Source: an uncultured Candidatus Saccharibacteria bacterium
Lineage (GTDB): Bacteria > Patescibacteriota > Saccharimonadia > Saccharimonadales > Saccharimonadaceae
DNA length: 64,000 bases
Assembly: GCA_963529005.1 (NCBI GenBank)
Contig: CAURWY010000002.1
Span: 25,076 to 89,075 of the forward strand
Direction: 5' to 3'
Positions 45,975 to 55,547 of this stretch are shown here, in pieces. The notes under the pieces were generated by a model. That model was not told where the DNA came from, ran no database searches, and saw only the letters and a program-made list of their open reading frames with translations. A program made the translations under genes and the position numbers. Numbering within the stretch: the stretch's first letter is position 1; each line of letters opens with the position of its first letter.

Positions 45975-46943
45975 ATGGCCCAGCGCGATAATGATCTTGA
46001 ATTTAGCCTTAATGCTGCCTTTGATGAGCAGCGCACCCAGCCTGGCCTGGTACCGCTCTACCTCATCAATGGCTCGCTCGGGGCGGGCAAGACAAGTGTG
46101 CTGGAGTATCTTTTGCGTCAGCCGGAGTTTGCTGGCTCGCGCGTGATAGAGAATGAATATGCCAACGAGAATGTCGATGGCTACCGGCTAGAAGGCCTGG
46201 CGGAACTTGTGACGACGCTGGCGGGTGATTGCGTGTGCTGTTCATCCAAGCATGCCTTGACGCGCATGCTGCTTGATTTTTGCCAGTCGTCCCCTGCCCC
46301 GGTTTTCATCGAGGCAACAGGGGTCGCGCGGACGATGAACTTGGTGGAGAAGCTCATCAATGCCCGGATCTTCGACAAATACGAGCTGCTGCAGAGCTAT
46401 TACGTTATCACCGCACACGAAATCTTGCATGGCATTGAGCCAGCCCACGAGGTGGAGCTTCAAGCTGCCGATACAGTCCTTATTACCAAAGAAGATCTCC
46501 TGCACGGTGATGATTGCACCGTCTATGACACCAAGCGCCGCGCCCTGCCCTACGCACGGGTGCTGTCTGCGCCGCATGGGCGCTTTGACCTCAGCAAGAT
46601 CACAACGCCATCGAGTCTGCTCACCTTCTTCGACACCTATGATGGCGAGCTTGCCGTGCCAGATAACCCGACCTACAGCGTCATCGATATGTCGCAGCTC
46701 ACTGCTACCGAGGCAGCCTTTGAGACGCTGTGGCTGGAGCTCTTTGCAACGTATGAGCTGCGCCGGCTCAAGGGGTGCTTTATTGATGAGCATGGTACGC
46801 GCCGGCACATCGAGGCTACGCCCGAGCAGATTCAGATCACCACTGGCCAGCCTGGCGAAGCACCCAAGCTGGTCTGCATTGGCACCCACGCCAGCAGCAT
46901 CACCCGCGATGGGCTGGTGGCGCAGCTGATGATGTTTGGGTAA
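45975..46943 (+). CDS. COG0523/CobW-family G3E GTPase (metallochaperone-like)
   Basis: 'GSLGAGKT', 'IENE', 'DCVCCS', 'IEATG', 'ITKED'. Confidence 0.85.
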   Translation: MAQRDNDLEFSLNAAFDEQRTQPGLVPLYLINGSLGAGKTSVLEYLLRQPEFAGSRVIENEYANENVDGYRLEGLAELVTTLAGDCVCCSSKHALTRMLLDFCQSSPAPVFIEATGVARTMNLVEKLINARIFDKYELLQSYYVITAHEILHGIEPAHEVELQAADTVLITKEDLLHGDDCTVYDTKRRALPYARVLSAPHGRFDLSKITTPSSLLTFFDTYDGELAVPDNPTYSVIDMSQLTATEAAFETLWLELFATYELRRLKGCFIDEHGTRRHIEATPEQIQITTGQPGEAPKLVCIGTHASSITRDGLVAQLMMFG

Positions 46944-47034
46944 GGTGATCGATATCAATTGCTAGCTTGGGTGCGAAAATGCGAAAACCTCTTATTTTCC
47001 CTGTGTCGTATTACGCCTGTAGTTTGGGACACTT

Positions 47035-47057
47035 AGTGGTAGGGCTACCACTTTTTT
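47035..47057 (+). terminator. intrinsic terminator-like hairpin
   Basis: AGTGGTAG/CTACCACT followed by a T-run. Confidence 0.55.
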
Positions 47058-47212
47058 GGTGCTGGCTGCTGACGGAGTGCTTTATGGATCATTTCGAGAT
47101 AGAATTTATTCGCTGACCCATCAGTATAGCGGGTCTATAGAGCGAACTGACAAGCAGGAGAATATGCGCAGCAGCGTAGCCGCTGGTAATTCTGGCGGCT
47201 TGTCAGCTCGGT

Positions 47213-47464
47213 CTATACTGAGCGAGCATGTTCGAACTCGCTCAGGGCATGTAGGGTATATGGACAAAGCAGCTCAGACATTTGTCTGAACTCGTCGAAT
47301 CCGTCAACACACACTGCTACAGTGTGTGTCGTGAACTCAAGGCAGGCATACAGATGTTCTCCTGGACGGAGAGCATCTGTAGCAGCGTCGTGCATGAACG
47401 TGTCGAGCTTACGCCCGACGCGTCCTTGGCTTACACTAACACCGGGGTTGTAATATGTGCCCAT
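47213..47464 (-). CDS. 83-aa hypothetical protein in a structured-UTR cassette
   Basis: GAGGAG RBS region upstream of ATG 47464; shared promoter motif; structured 5' and 3' flanks. Confidence 0.65.
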   Translation of the reverse strand: MGTYYNPGVSVSQGRVGRKLDTFMHDAATDALRPGEHLYACLEFTTHTVAVCVDGFDEFRQMSELLCPYTLHALSEFEHARSV

Positions 47465-47670
47465 GATACTCTTTCTCCTCATCCAGGCGGAGCGCCTGTG
47501 TCCCCTCTCGAGAAAACACTGCTCTGACGCCCGGATGGCGGCCAGCAAGATGAGGTTATCGGGCACTAACTACTATTGGCCTAGGAACTAGCGCCAGAGA
47601 ATCTCACCTTGCTGTCTATTCTCCCGCTTGTCAAAAAACACTTTTGGTCAAACACGACAGGTTTGTCAAC

Positions 47671-47710
47671 AAAAGCTAATATATATATCAATAATTGATC
47701 ACGCCGTCAA
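47671..47710 (-). promoter_or_regulatory. repeated promoter motif, copy 2
   Basis: TTGACG-N17-TATATA within TATTGATATATATATTAGCTTTT. Confidence 0.7.
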
Positions 47711-47771
47711 CCTCTCTCTGCATGATAGTAGCATTATGTATGCTTCGTAGTACACGCTTGTAGGCTTATAA

Positions 47772-49181
47772 TTATCGCTTGGTGGATCTTTCGGCGTCTT
47801 TGGCTTGCTTATATGCTTTCGTCACAGGCTCGAGGCCACGCTTAACACGCTCGCGGTTGGCTTTGAGTTGCTTCTCGTCGCGGAAGGAGAGCTTGATGGG
47901 GGTGCCGGTATAGTCGTAGGTGTCGCGGATGCGCCGCTCGAGGTAGCGCTTGTAGCTCCAGTGGACGAACTTGAGGTTGCTGCCGTAGATAACGAACCAT
48001 GGTGGGTTGGTGTCTGTCTGGACGATGTAGCGTAGCTTAGGGTGGGTGTTCTTGAGGCCAGCTGGTGGGTGCTTCTGCACAGAGCGCTGCAGGAGGTCGT
48101 TGAGGGTGCGCGTGGTGGTCTTTTGCTGGCGATGGGTAGCAATATCAAGGGCAAGGTCGAATAATTTCGTCACATTCTGGCCCGTAACGGCACTGGTGAA
48201 GATGAGTGGTGCCCACGGTGTGAAATCGAATTGAGCAGAGATCTGCGGGGCGAGCGTATCGCGCGTGTAGGCATCTTTGCCCTCCACCGCGTCCCATTTG
48301 CTCACGACGATAGCCATGCCCTTGCCTGCCTCGGCAATGATGCCAGCAAGCCGTTGGTCGAGGGCAGTGTTGAGTTCATTCACATCCATCAGGAGGAAGC
48401 AGATATCAGCCTCCTCGATGGCAGCCAAAGTGCGCAAGACGCTAAACTTCTCGATGCCCACCTCCTGCTTGCCTTGGCGGCGAATGCCAGCGGTGTCGAG
48501 CAGCTCGATGGTTTGCCCCTGGTAGCGCAGACGGATGCGATTGACATCGCGCGTGGTGCCTGCTACCCCAGCCACAATGGCTTGCTGCTTGCCTGCCAGT
48601 GTGTTGAAGAGGCTGGATTTGCCTACGTTTGGCCGGCCGATCAAAGCAATCTTGAGTACATCGCTCGGCTCGGCTTGGCTCTTCTCTGGGATGTGCTGGC
48701 AGATCTCATCCAGCGCATCGCTAATGCCACTGTTGTGCTCGGCACTGGTGCGGATGATACTCTTGATACCAAGACGGAGGAACTCACTAGTAGGCAGACT
48801 GCCCCGTAGGTCGGTTTTGTTTGCAATGAGAATGACGGGTTTGCGACTCTTGAGGGCAGTCTTGGCAACGCGCCGATCTTCATCGCTGGGGTATTCGGTG
48901 CTATCCACCACCACGAGAATGACGTCGGCTGCATCGGATGCATCAGTGATTTGCTCCTGGATACTTGCCTCAAACTCATCTTCGGCTGGCTTGAGGCCGG
49001 CGGTATCGACCAGCCAAAACTCATGCCCATGGTAGGCTGCCTTGCCCACCACTCGATCGCGCGTCGTGCCAGCCTCGCGTGCCACGATAGCCTGCTGCGA
49101 GCGCATCATACGATTAAACAGCGAGCTCTTGCCAGCATTGGCACGCCCGATGATTGCAACGGTAGGAAGTTTGGTAGCCAT
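47772..49181 (-). CDS. der: ribosome biogenesis GTPase Der (EngA)
   Basis: Two G domains (GRANAGKS and GRPNVGKS, DTAG twice) and a KH-like C-terminus. Confidence 0.96.
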   Translation of the reverse strand: MATKLPTVAIIGRANAGKSSLFNRMMRSQQAIVAREAGTTRDRVVGKAAYHGHEFWLVDTAGLKPAEDEFEASIQEQITDASDAADVILVVVDSTEYPSDEDRRVAKTALKSRKPVILIANKTDLRGSLPTSEFLRLGIKSIIRTSAEHNSGISDALDEICQHIPEKSQAEPSDVLKIALIGRPNVGKSSLFNTLAGKQQAIVAGVAGTTRDVNRIRLRYQGQTIELLDTAGIRRQGKQEVGIEKFSVLRTLAAIEEADICFLLMDVNELNTALDQRLAGIIAEAGKGMAIVVSKWDAVEGKDAYTRDTLAPQISAQFDFTPWAPLIFTSAVTGQNVTKLFDLALDIATHRQQKTTTRTLNDLLQRSVQKHPPAGLKNTHPKLRYIVQTDTNPPWFVIYGSNLKFVHWSYKRYLERRIRDTYDYTGTPIKLSFRDEKQLKANRERVKRGLEPVTKAYKQAKDAERSTKR

Positions 49182-49228
49182 AATGATCTCATTATATCAT
49201 GAAAGCGCGCAAGCGGATTTGCAGTGCC

Positions 49229-49912
49229 CTACTGCTCGGCTACGTCTTCCCACTTACCCCGCGGTAGCTTGCCTAGACTATAGCTGCCAAAGTGTGTGCG
49301 GTGCAGGCGCGTGACAGTATAACCCAGAGCGGCGAAGGTGCGGCGGATCTGGCGGTTACGGCCCTCACTCATGCTAATGTGCCACTCGGTGCGGCTATCG
49401 GGCCGAAGACGCGTGAGGATGAGCCGGCTGGTACCATCGGCAAGTTGGATACCGTAGTCGCTGATCATCTGTTGGTGGAGGGGTTCGAGTGGGTGGTCGA
49501 GCCGGACGTGGTATTCTTTGACCTTAGCAAACTGTGGGTGGGTCATGCGGTAGGCAAAGTCGCCGTTGTTGCTGAGCAAAAGCAGGCCCGAGCTATCGGC
49601 ATCGAGTCGGCCAACGGGCTTAAGAGCATGCGTCTCTGGCGGCAAAAGGCTATAAATAGTGGGCTGCGACCCCTGTTGTTTGCGCGAGCAGACGTAGCCC
49701 ACTGGCTTGTTGAGCATAATAGTGCGGTAAGTAACCTGCTCAGGTAGTGGCGCACCCTGTACCGTTACCAAGCTGCCTGGTTGGAGGCGGGCACCGAGCA
49801 CAGCTACCTCGCCATCAACTACGACATCTCCAGCGGCGATCAGGTCATCCGCTTGGCGGCGCGACAGGCCCAGCACAAGAGCAATGTGTTTGTTAAGGCG
49901 AGTAGTCGACAT
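49229..49912 (-). CDS. RsuA/RluB-family pseudouridine synthase
   Basis: S4 domain, 'NKPVGY', 'VGRLD', 'EGRNRQIRR'. Confidence 0.92.
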   Translation of the reverse strand: MSTTRLNKHIALVLGLSRRQADDLIAAGDVVVDGEVAVLGARLQPGSLVTVQGAPLPEQVTYRTIMLNKPVGYVCSRKQQGSQPTIYSLLPPETHALKPVGRLDADSSGLLLLSNNGDFAYRMTHPQFAKVKEYHVRLDHPLEPLHQQMISDYGIQLADGTSRLILTRLRPDSRTEWHISMSEGRNRQIRRTFAALGYTVTRLHRTHFGSYSLGKLPRGKWEDVAEQ

Positions 49913-49978
49913 GCCCCTATTATATCACCCAGGACGTGCTGGCCGAAGGCTCGGCTCTGCGCTCATAACTCTCTCGGC

Positions 49979-50263
49979 TTAATGCTGATGGGTATGACGC
50001 GACCACGGCCGAGTAACCGCTGAAACAATGCTCCGTGTGCCGCGGAGAGCGGCCCGGCCAATGGCACGAATGCGGGTAAAGAACCGGCTATGCTTGACCT
50101 CTGGCACAACCAGTGGGTACTCGAGCGATGGATGTTGGCGGCTATCGGCCTGTAGTGGGTCGTTGCATCGCGCAGCAGGGCCAGTGACAGGGTCATCGGT
50201 AGGTTGTTCATGGAATGAATATGGGTAGTCTAATGGTGATCGATCAGGCATAACAGACTCCAT
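49979..50263 (-). CDS. hypothetical protein (94 aa)
   Basis: Fills the gap between the response regulator and the pseudouridine synthase; basic C-terminus. Confidence 0.4.
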   Translation of the reverse strand: MESVMPDRSPLDYPYSFHEQPTDDPVTGPAARCNDPLQADSRQHPSLEYPLVVPEVKHSRFFTRIRAIGRAALRGTRSIVSAVTRPWSRHTHQH

Positions 50264-50314
50264 GCAATGATGATTACCTAGTATAGCACGTGTGGAGCGA
50301 TATGGATACGCTTT

Positions 50315-51847
50315 TTAGTGCGACCCGGCCGATGGTGCTGCCCGCTCAGTCTCTTCGAAACTGAGGTTGTCGTGGCTATGCTGTATGGTTGGCGCTGGGC
50401 GCGAAGGTGTGGCTCCTGGCTGAGGCGCTGATGCCGCATGATGAGTGGTTGATGGTTGCCCTGCTGCGGTGTTGATGGGCTGTGCTGCAGCAACGGGAGC
50501 TGGGCGGATGGCATCGTAGAGTGGATGATCGACTGGCGAGACCGACGGATGAGCGGCTGCACTACTCTGGAGTAATGCCGCGGCTAGGGCATCAGACGGG
50601 TCTGCAGCAATGGCCTGTATGCTGTGCGGTGTAATAGCTACACTATCAGGAGCAGAATGAGCTGGTGAATCCCCGTGATCCTCGTGGTGAGTAGCTGGTG
50701 GCTGCGCTGAGGCTGCTGGTGCTGGATGGCTTGGCGCTGATGTGTTATGTGCCGTGGTGGCTGGCGTTAGCGGCTCAACAGGGGTCGGCATGGTATCCAT
50801 TTGCTCGGTGAGGTTGGCTACGGCGTCCGTCACGAGCTGGTTTTGGCTTGGCTGGTAGGCAGCTGCATCGGTGTCTGCCTCATCATCGGCCTGCTGTGTG
50901 CTCATGCGGAGAGCTTCGGCTAACTCGGCTTCGTCGTCGGCTGGAGTGTGGGTGTAGTGAGCAGGCTGGCTCGCTACAGTGTGGTGCTGCACATCTGGAA
51001 TACCCGATGGCGCGGTGCTGTGCGGCGCAATGATATCGTTGATGAGTGGCTGCGTGGCTGGCTGTGCGGGCACGTGCGGAGCTTCGGCTGGGCTTGGTGT
51101 GTCGCTTGCTGAGGCTAAATGCTCATCGTGATGCGTAACGATCTCCGCCTCTGGCGTGTTCTCGGCTGGCGGTAAGGTGAATGGCTGTGGCGTAGTGGGC
51201 TCGGCTGGCGGCTGCGGCGCTGTGGGTTGTGAAGTACCATTGGCGGCATCGAGCTCGTCATCTATTAGACTGGCATAATCTGGCCTCGGCATAGAAGACT
51301 GTAGCGGGTGGATCACTCGCTCACCCAGGCTGGCTGGCCGCGGTGTGGAGAATGGCGCTGTGGGTTGTGGCAGTGTGGTAGGCTGGGGTTGACTGACTGG
51401 TGGCACTGGGTTGGCTGGTGTGCTTGGCTGAGGCTCAGGAGTGGTATGTGCTGCCGGCCGGTGGCTTACCCCTGTATCGCCAAGGACGTCGTGTACGGCG
51501 CGCACCACATCTTCAATACCAACCTGCGATTTGACGAGGTAGCGGTCTGCTCCCAGTGCCTCGCCACGCATGCGCTGGTCTTGGCTCGAGAGTGCCGTCA
51601 TGATAATCACCTTGATGCCGCGCGTCTCGGTGGTGCTGCGCAAGATATCGAGCATGTCGAAGCCACTAATCTTGGGCATCATCACATCGCTGATGATGAG
51701 CTGCGGACGTTCTTTGATAGCCATGGCGAGTGCTTCTTCCCCATCGCCGGCCGACACGATGTCATACCCCTCGGCCAACAGGCGTACTCCGTATATTTCG
51801 CGCAGGCTTTTGTCGTCTTCGACAAGCAGAATCTTAACCTTTGTCAT
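50315..51847 (-). CDS. response regulator receiver with a long disordered P/A/H-rich tail
   Basis: 'ILLVEDD', 'SDVMMP', 'MTAL', 'YLVKS', followed by low-complexity sequence. Confidence 0.88.
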   Translation of the reverse strand: MTKVKILLVEDDKSLREIYGVRLLAEGYDIVSAGDGEEALAMAIKERPQLIISDVMMPKISGFDMLDILRSTTETRGIKVIIMTALSSQDQRMRGEALGADRYLVKSQVGIEDVVRAVHDVLGDTGVSHRPAAHTTPEPQPSTPANPVPPVSQPQPTTLPQPTAPFSTPRPASLGERVIHPLQSSMPRPDYASLIDDELDAANGTSQPTAPQPPAEPTTPQPFTLPPAENTPEAEIVTHHDEHLASASDTPSPAEAPHVPAQPATQPLINDIIAPHSTAPSGIPDVQHHTVASQPAHYTHTPADDEAELAEALRMSTQQADDEADTDAAAYQPSQNQLVTDAVANLTEQMDTMPTPVEPLTPATTAHNTSAPSHPAPAASAQPPATHHEDHGDSPAHSAPDSVAITPHSIQAIAADPSDALAAALLQSSAAAHPSVSPVDHPLYDAIRPAPVAAAQPINTAAGQPSTTHHAASAPQPGATPSRPAPTIQHSHDNLSFEETERAAPSAGSH

Positions 51848-52201
51848 ATCACCCTCTATTGTACGCAATTGTCGGCAAAAATACCATAGTGCTTGTGGTT
51901 TTTTTGAGAGGAATTAATATAAAGTGCTGTTCTGGTGATGGGTCTGGCGCACGGTTGGCTTTGTGTGAAGAGATTGACAGAGCGCTGGTAGTAATTTGAA
52001 ATGGGTGCACGTATACCAGAAATTGCAAAACATCCCCTGCTCTTCGTAGTAACCCCACTATAAAAGAGAACATCTGAAAGCTCGCAACGTAAGCAGATAT
52101 TCTATATTCTGGCTAGTGTGTATTTAGCCTGGCAGCGCTACTGGGTAGCTATTGACTATAAATATATACTATGGTATCATAGCACTCCTTAACAGAGGAA
52201 G

Positions 52202-52663
52202 ATGAATATGACAACAACACGACAAATGCGACATGCCGGGGCGCGATACAAAAGCGAGAAGCCAAGCTGGGTCACGCGTTTTGCAGAAAAATTGCAATCG
52301 CCCGAGCGATTCTCACGGCGTGAGAAAGCAGCGCGGGCACTAGGGATGCTGGCCACCATTGGCGCCACGCTGACAGCTGCAACAGGTATTAGTCTCTATC
52401 ATGACAGTGGCAATATGGAGCCTGTGGGTAACCTGCTTAATCCAGTTGCTGAGCATGTGATGACGACAGATGAGGACATTGCTAATGCCGATGGACTCTC
52501 AAACAGTATTGCGCTTGAAGGTCGCCAGATGGAAGAGACGGCCATGCACGGGGTAGCGTGTGGTACTGAAGCAATGGCTCTTAGCGCTGCTGCGGTATAT
52601 CTGTTCAACGGGCAGATGGAACGTAGTAGATCACAGCGCAAGAAGATTCAGTCTCGGTCGTAA
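52202..52663 (+). CDS. hypothetical membrane protein
   Basis: Two hydrophobic segments; TTGACT..TATCAT promoter and GAGG RBS. Confidence 0.65.
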   Translation: MNMTTTRQMRHAGARYKSEKPSWVTRFAEKLQSPERFSRREKAARALGMLATIGATLTAATGISLYHDSGNMEPVGNLLNPVAEHVMTTDEDIANADGLSNSIALEGRQMEETAMHGVACGTEAMALSAAAVYLFNGQMERSRSQRKKIQSRS

Positions 52664-52805
52664 GAGTATGGTAGTAGCCTAGGGTTTTACCCGTTATAGG
52701 GCTCGCTCCTTTACCGCAATAGAAGGCGATACAGTAATTTTAGTATACCGAGGTCGGTATCGTGGAGATATCGGCCTCTGTAGCTTATTGTCAGCGAGAT
52801 AGGAG

Positions 52806-54881
52806 CTACCGCACTGCCCGTGGTGGCGCAGCAGAGCGCGGCGCGGTGAGAACATCGCGGACGCGGGTGGAGCTACGCCGGGGCTGGCTGGTGGCAATGA
52901 TGTGCGCCGTGGGCGATGTGTTTGGCGTAGGCTGCGGCGCAGATGGTGGTGTGGCGCTTGATGGGGTGGAAGGAGCAGCTTGGGCAATGGTAACAGTGGT
53001 AGATTGCACGTTTCTTGCTGTGGGTGGCGTGGCTGTGCGGCTGTTCTTTTGGGCTGGGTGCTGGGCGTGAGTAGCTGGGCTTGGCTGCGGCAGAAAGCCT
53101 TGGCTCTGGAGTGTGGCCGTGGCAAAAGCCGGTACTGGGCGAGGCGGAGTTGCCTTGGCGGCTTGTGCTGCTGCCTTGGCTTTGGCAGCGAGCGCGGTTT
53201 GGGCATCGTGCTCACTCATACGTGGGAGTTCAAGGAAGAAGGTACTTCCCTGCCGGTACGCACTCTCTACCCACAAGCGGCCACCCATCACCTCTGTGAG
53301 GCGGCGACTGAGATAGAGCCCCAGGCCGGTGCCGCCAATCTCGCGCGTGTCCGAATTATCCACCCGATAGAACTTTTGGAAGAGGTGTGACTGATCTTCC
53401 ACTGGTATCCCGATGCCAGTATCGGCAATGGCGATCGTCACGCGCCCGCTACCACCAGTTACATCCACCGTTACACGCCCGCTGGGGGTGTACTTGATGG
53501 CATTCTCCACCAGATTATCAAGCACCTCACGCAGCTGGTCTGGGTCGACATAAACATAAAAGGCAGGGCTCAGCGTCCGGCTAGTAAAGGTAGCGCTATG
53601 CTCACCGCCAGTTGTGCCAGGGCGTGGCTTGAAGATAAGCTGGAGCTTTTTGTCCTCGGCCTTGTGGCGCAGCCCCTCCACAATGTCGCTGACAAAAGGG
53701 ATGAGGTCGATCGCTTCAGGATTGCTCTGCAAGCGGCCATCGTCGGCTTTGCTCACGTCCAGCAGATCTTGAAAGAGCCGGCCGAGGTGCTCGGCCGAGC
53801 GGTGGGCTTTGGTAATGAAGTCGCGGGCGCGCTGGTCGATGGTGGCGGTGGCGGGGTTCAGCGTGAGGCCGAGGTAGCCCTCGATTGACGCTACAGGGGT
53901 ACGCATCTCGTGGCTGGCGGTGCTAATGAACTCGGCTTTTTGGCGTTCCTCGGCCTTTTCCTTCGTCACATCACGAAAGACGACAATGACTCCACTGCCC
54001 GGCTCACTGCTGACCGGCGAAATGACGAGTGAGATGATCGGTGTCTTGCCAGAGCTCGTCACGAGGCGTAGGCGGTCGGTGGTGAGGGGCTGGTTGTCCG
54101 CCAGGACGGCAGCGATAGGGTCGGTATCATTGGTAATGGGGTCATTCTTGGCATCGATAAGCTTGAGGACAGATTGGTAGCTGAGGCCCAGAGCATCTTC
54201 GTCGCCCCAGCCCACGAGGCGTTGGGCTGCTGGATTGATGAGCTCAATCATCCCATCTGCGTCCAGCGCCATCACACCATCGCCAATTGCATTGAGCACG
54301 ATGTCCGACTTGCCTGCTACCCGACTTAGTGTGGCGGCAAGCTCGCGGTATGAGGTGGTGCGGGCCTCGGCAGCGCGATCATCCGGTCCCCAGAGCAAGC
54401 ACCCCACCAGGATGGGCAGCTCACCCGTCAGCATGGCACTGGGGATCATCGTGCTTGTAATATGCCCCGCCAGCACTCCCCAACTGAGATAGGCATTGAC
54501 TAGCAGCAAGACGAGCGCTAGCCCTACCCAGCCAAAAAACATTGCAAAGACTGCCACCAAGAGCCAGGCTGCAATAAAGGGTGAGCTTAGCCCACCAGTG
54601 CCAATAATGAGCGCGCCGGTTGTGGCCACGGCGCAGAGATACACTACCAGACTCGCCTGCCCAAGCCGCTGCTGCGGTGGCCAGACGTGAAGCACCGCTG
54701 CTACAACCCCTGTTATACCGGCCAAGATAACGGCAATGAGTGGCATGCCAAGTACGAGGTTGTATTGATCCACCCCGCCAAAATGCCGCCATGCCCACAG
54801 CGCCACGATGATGACGGCATAGAGCATACTTGCCTCGCACAAGCGCCGGTGCCAAAACCGGCTGATTTGTTGCACCCCCAT
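52806..54881 (-). CDS. membrane-bound PAS-domain sensor histidine kinase
   Basis: N-terminal TMs, PAS 'GDGVMALD..G.IELINPAA', H-box 'ASHEMRTP', N-box 'NLVENAIKY', G-boxes. Confidence 0.93.
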   Translation of the reverse strand: MGVQQISRFWHRRLCEASMLYAVIIVALWAWRHFGGVDQYNLVLGMPLIAVILAGITGVVAAVLHVWPPQQRLGQASLVVYLCAVATTGALIIGTGGLSSPFIAAWLLVAVFAMFFGWVGLALVLLLVNAYLSWGVLAGHITSTMIPSAMLTGELPILVGCLLWGPDDRAAEARTTSYRELAATLSRVAGKSDIVLNAIGDGVMALDADGMIELINPAAQRLVGWGDEDALGLSYQSVLKLIDAKNDPITNDTDPIAAVLADNQPLTTDRLRLVTSSGKTPIISLVISPVSSEPGSGVIVVFRDVTKEKAEERQKAEFISTASHEMRTPVASIEGYLGLTLNPATATIDQRARDFITKAHRSAEHLGRLFQDLLDVSKADDGRLQSNPEAIDLIPFVSDIVEGLRHKAEDKKLQLIFKPRPGTTGGEHSATFTSRTLSPAFYVYVDPDQLREVLDNLVENAIKYTPSGRVTVDVTGGSGRVTIAIADTGIGIPVEDQSHLFQKFYRVDNSDTREIGGTGLGLYLSRRLTEVMGGRLWVESAYRQGSTFFLELPRMSEHDAQTALAAKAKAAAQAAKATPPRPVPAFATATLQSQGFLPQPSPATHAQHPAQKNSRTATPPTARNVQSTTVTIAQAAPSTPSSATPPSAPQPTPNTSPTAHIIATSQPRRSSTRVRDVLTAPRSAAPPRAVR

Positions 54882-55059
54882 TGGTTATCCCCCTTATGCT
54901 TTGTGTGTATTATAGCGGATTGCTTGGGTGATAGCAATGGAGTGCTGGACGAGATAGCCGCGCTCGCTGTCAGCCGCTTCTTATGAGCCTAGTAGCAATT
55001 TATTCGCCCATTTTTCTCTATATTGTGCTACAATAGTGCCAGAAAACAAAGGAGGCCAT

Positions 55060-55326
55060 ATGGCAAAAAAATCAACCAAAGCAGCGGCCAAAGCAGCCGC
55101 GCCATCAACAACCACAAAAACAAAGGTAACGGTATCGACCACTCGCAAAAAGACGCCTAAGCAAATGCTTGACATCCTGCTCATCGCAGCCTGCCTGGTG
55201 CTCAGCGTTATCGTAGTGGTGCTGAGTATCTCGCACAGCATCGACCCGCACACCGCCATCGTCATGCTCAGCATTGGCCTGGCCTGCCTCAGTGCCTATG
55301 TGCTTAACCACGCAGCCAGCCGGTAG
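55060..55326 (+). CDS. small two-TM membrane protein with a K/A/T-rich N-terminus
   Basis: AGGAGG RBS; terminator follows. Confidence 0.7.
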   Translation: MAKKSTKAAAKAAAPSTTTKTKVTVSTTRKKTPKQMLDILLIAACLVLSVIVVVLSISHSIDPHTAIVMLSIGLACLSAYVLNHAASR

Positions 55327-55346
55327 AACCCCTGCTTTGCTGCTCT

Positions 55347-55385
55347 TAATAAATAACCCGCTCGCAATTGACGGGTTATTTATTA
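55347..55385. terminator. bidirectional terminator
   Basis: TAATAAATAACCCG/CGGGTTATTTATTA. Confidence 0.7.
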
Positions 55386-55479
55386 TTCTCCCTTTTTGTT
55401 CTCACGAAATTTGCTGGGATATTTTGCGTGTTATAGCACTGTGCGCGTGTAATACATGCCAAAATAGACAAAGATCACC

Positions 55480-55516
55480 TTGCACAAAAAATACTTTGAT
55501 GTTAGTCTAATTAGAC
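55480..55516 (+). promoter_or_regulatory. promoter with overlapping palindromic operator
   Basis: TTGCAC-17-TAGTCT; perfect palindrome GTCTAATTAGAC at 55505-55516. Confidence 0.55.
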
Positions 55517-55547
55517 GGTCATCAAATAATCTGAAAGGAGCAAACGT

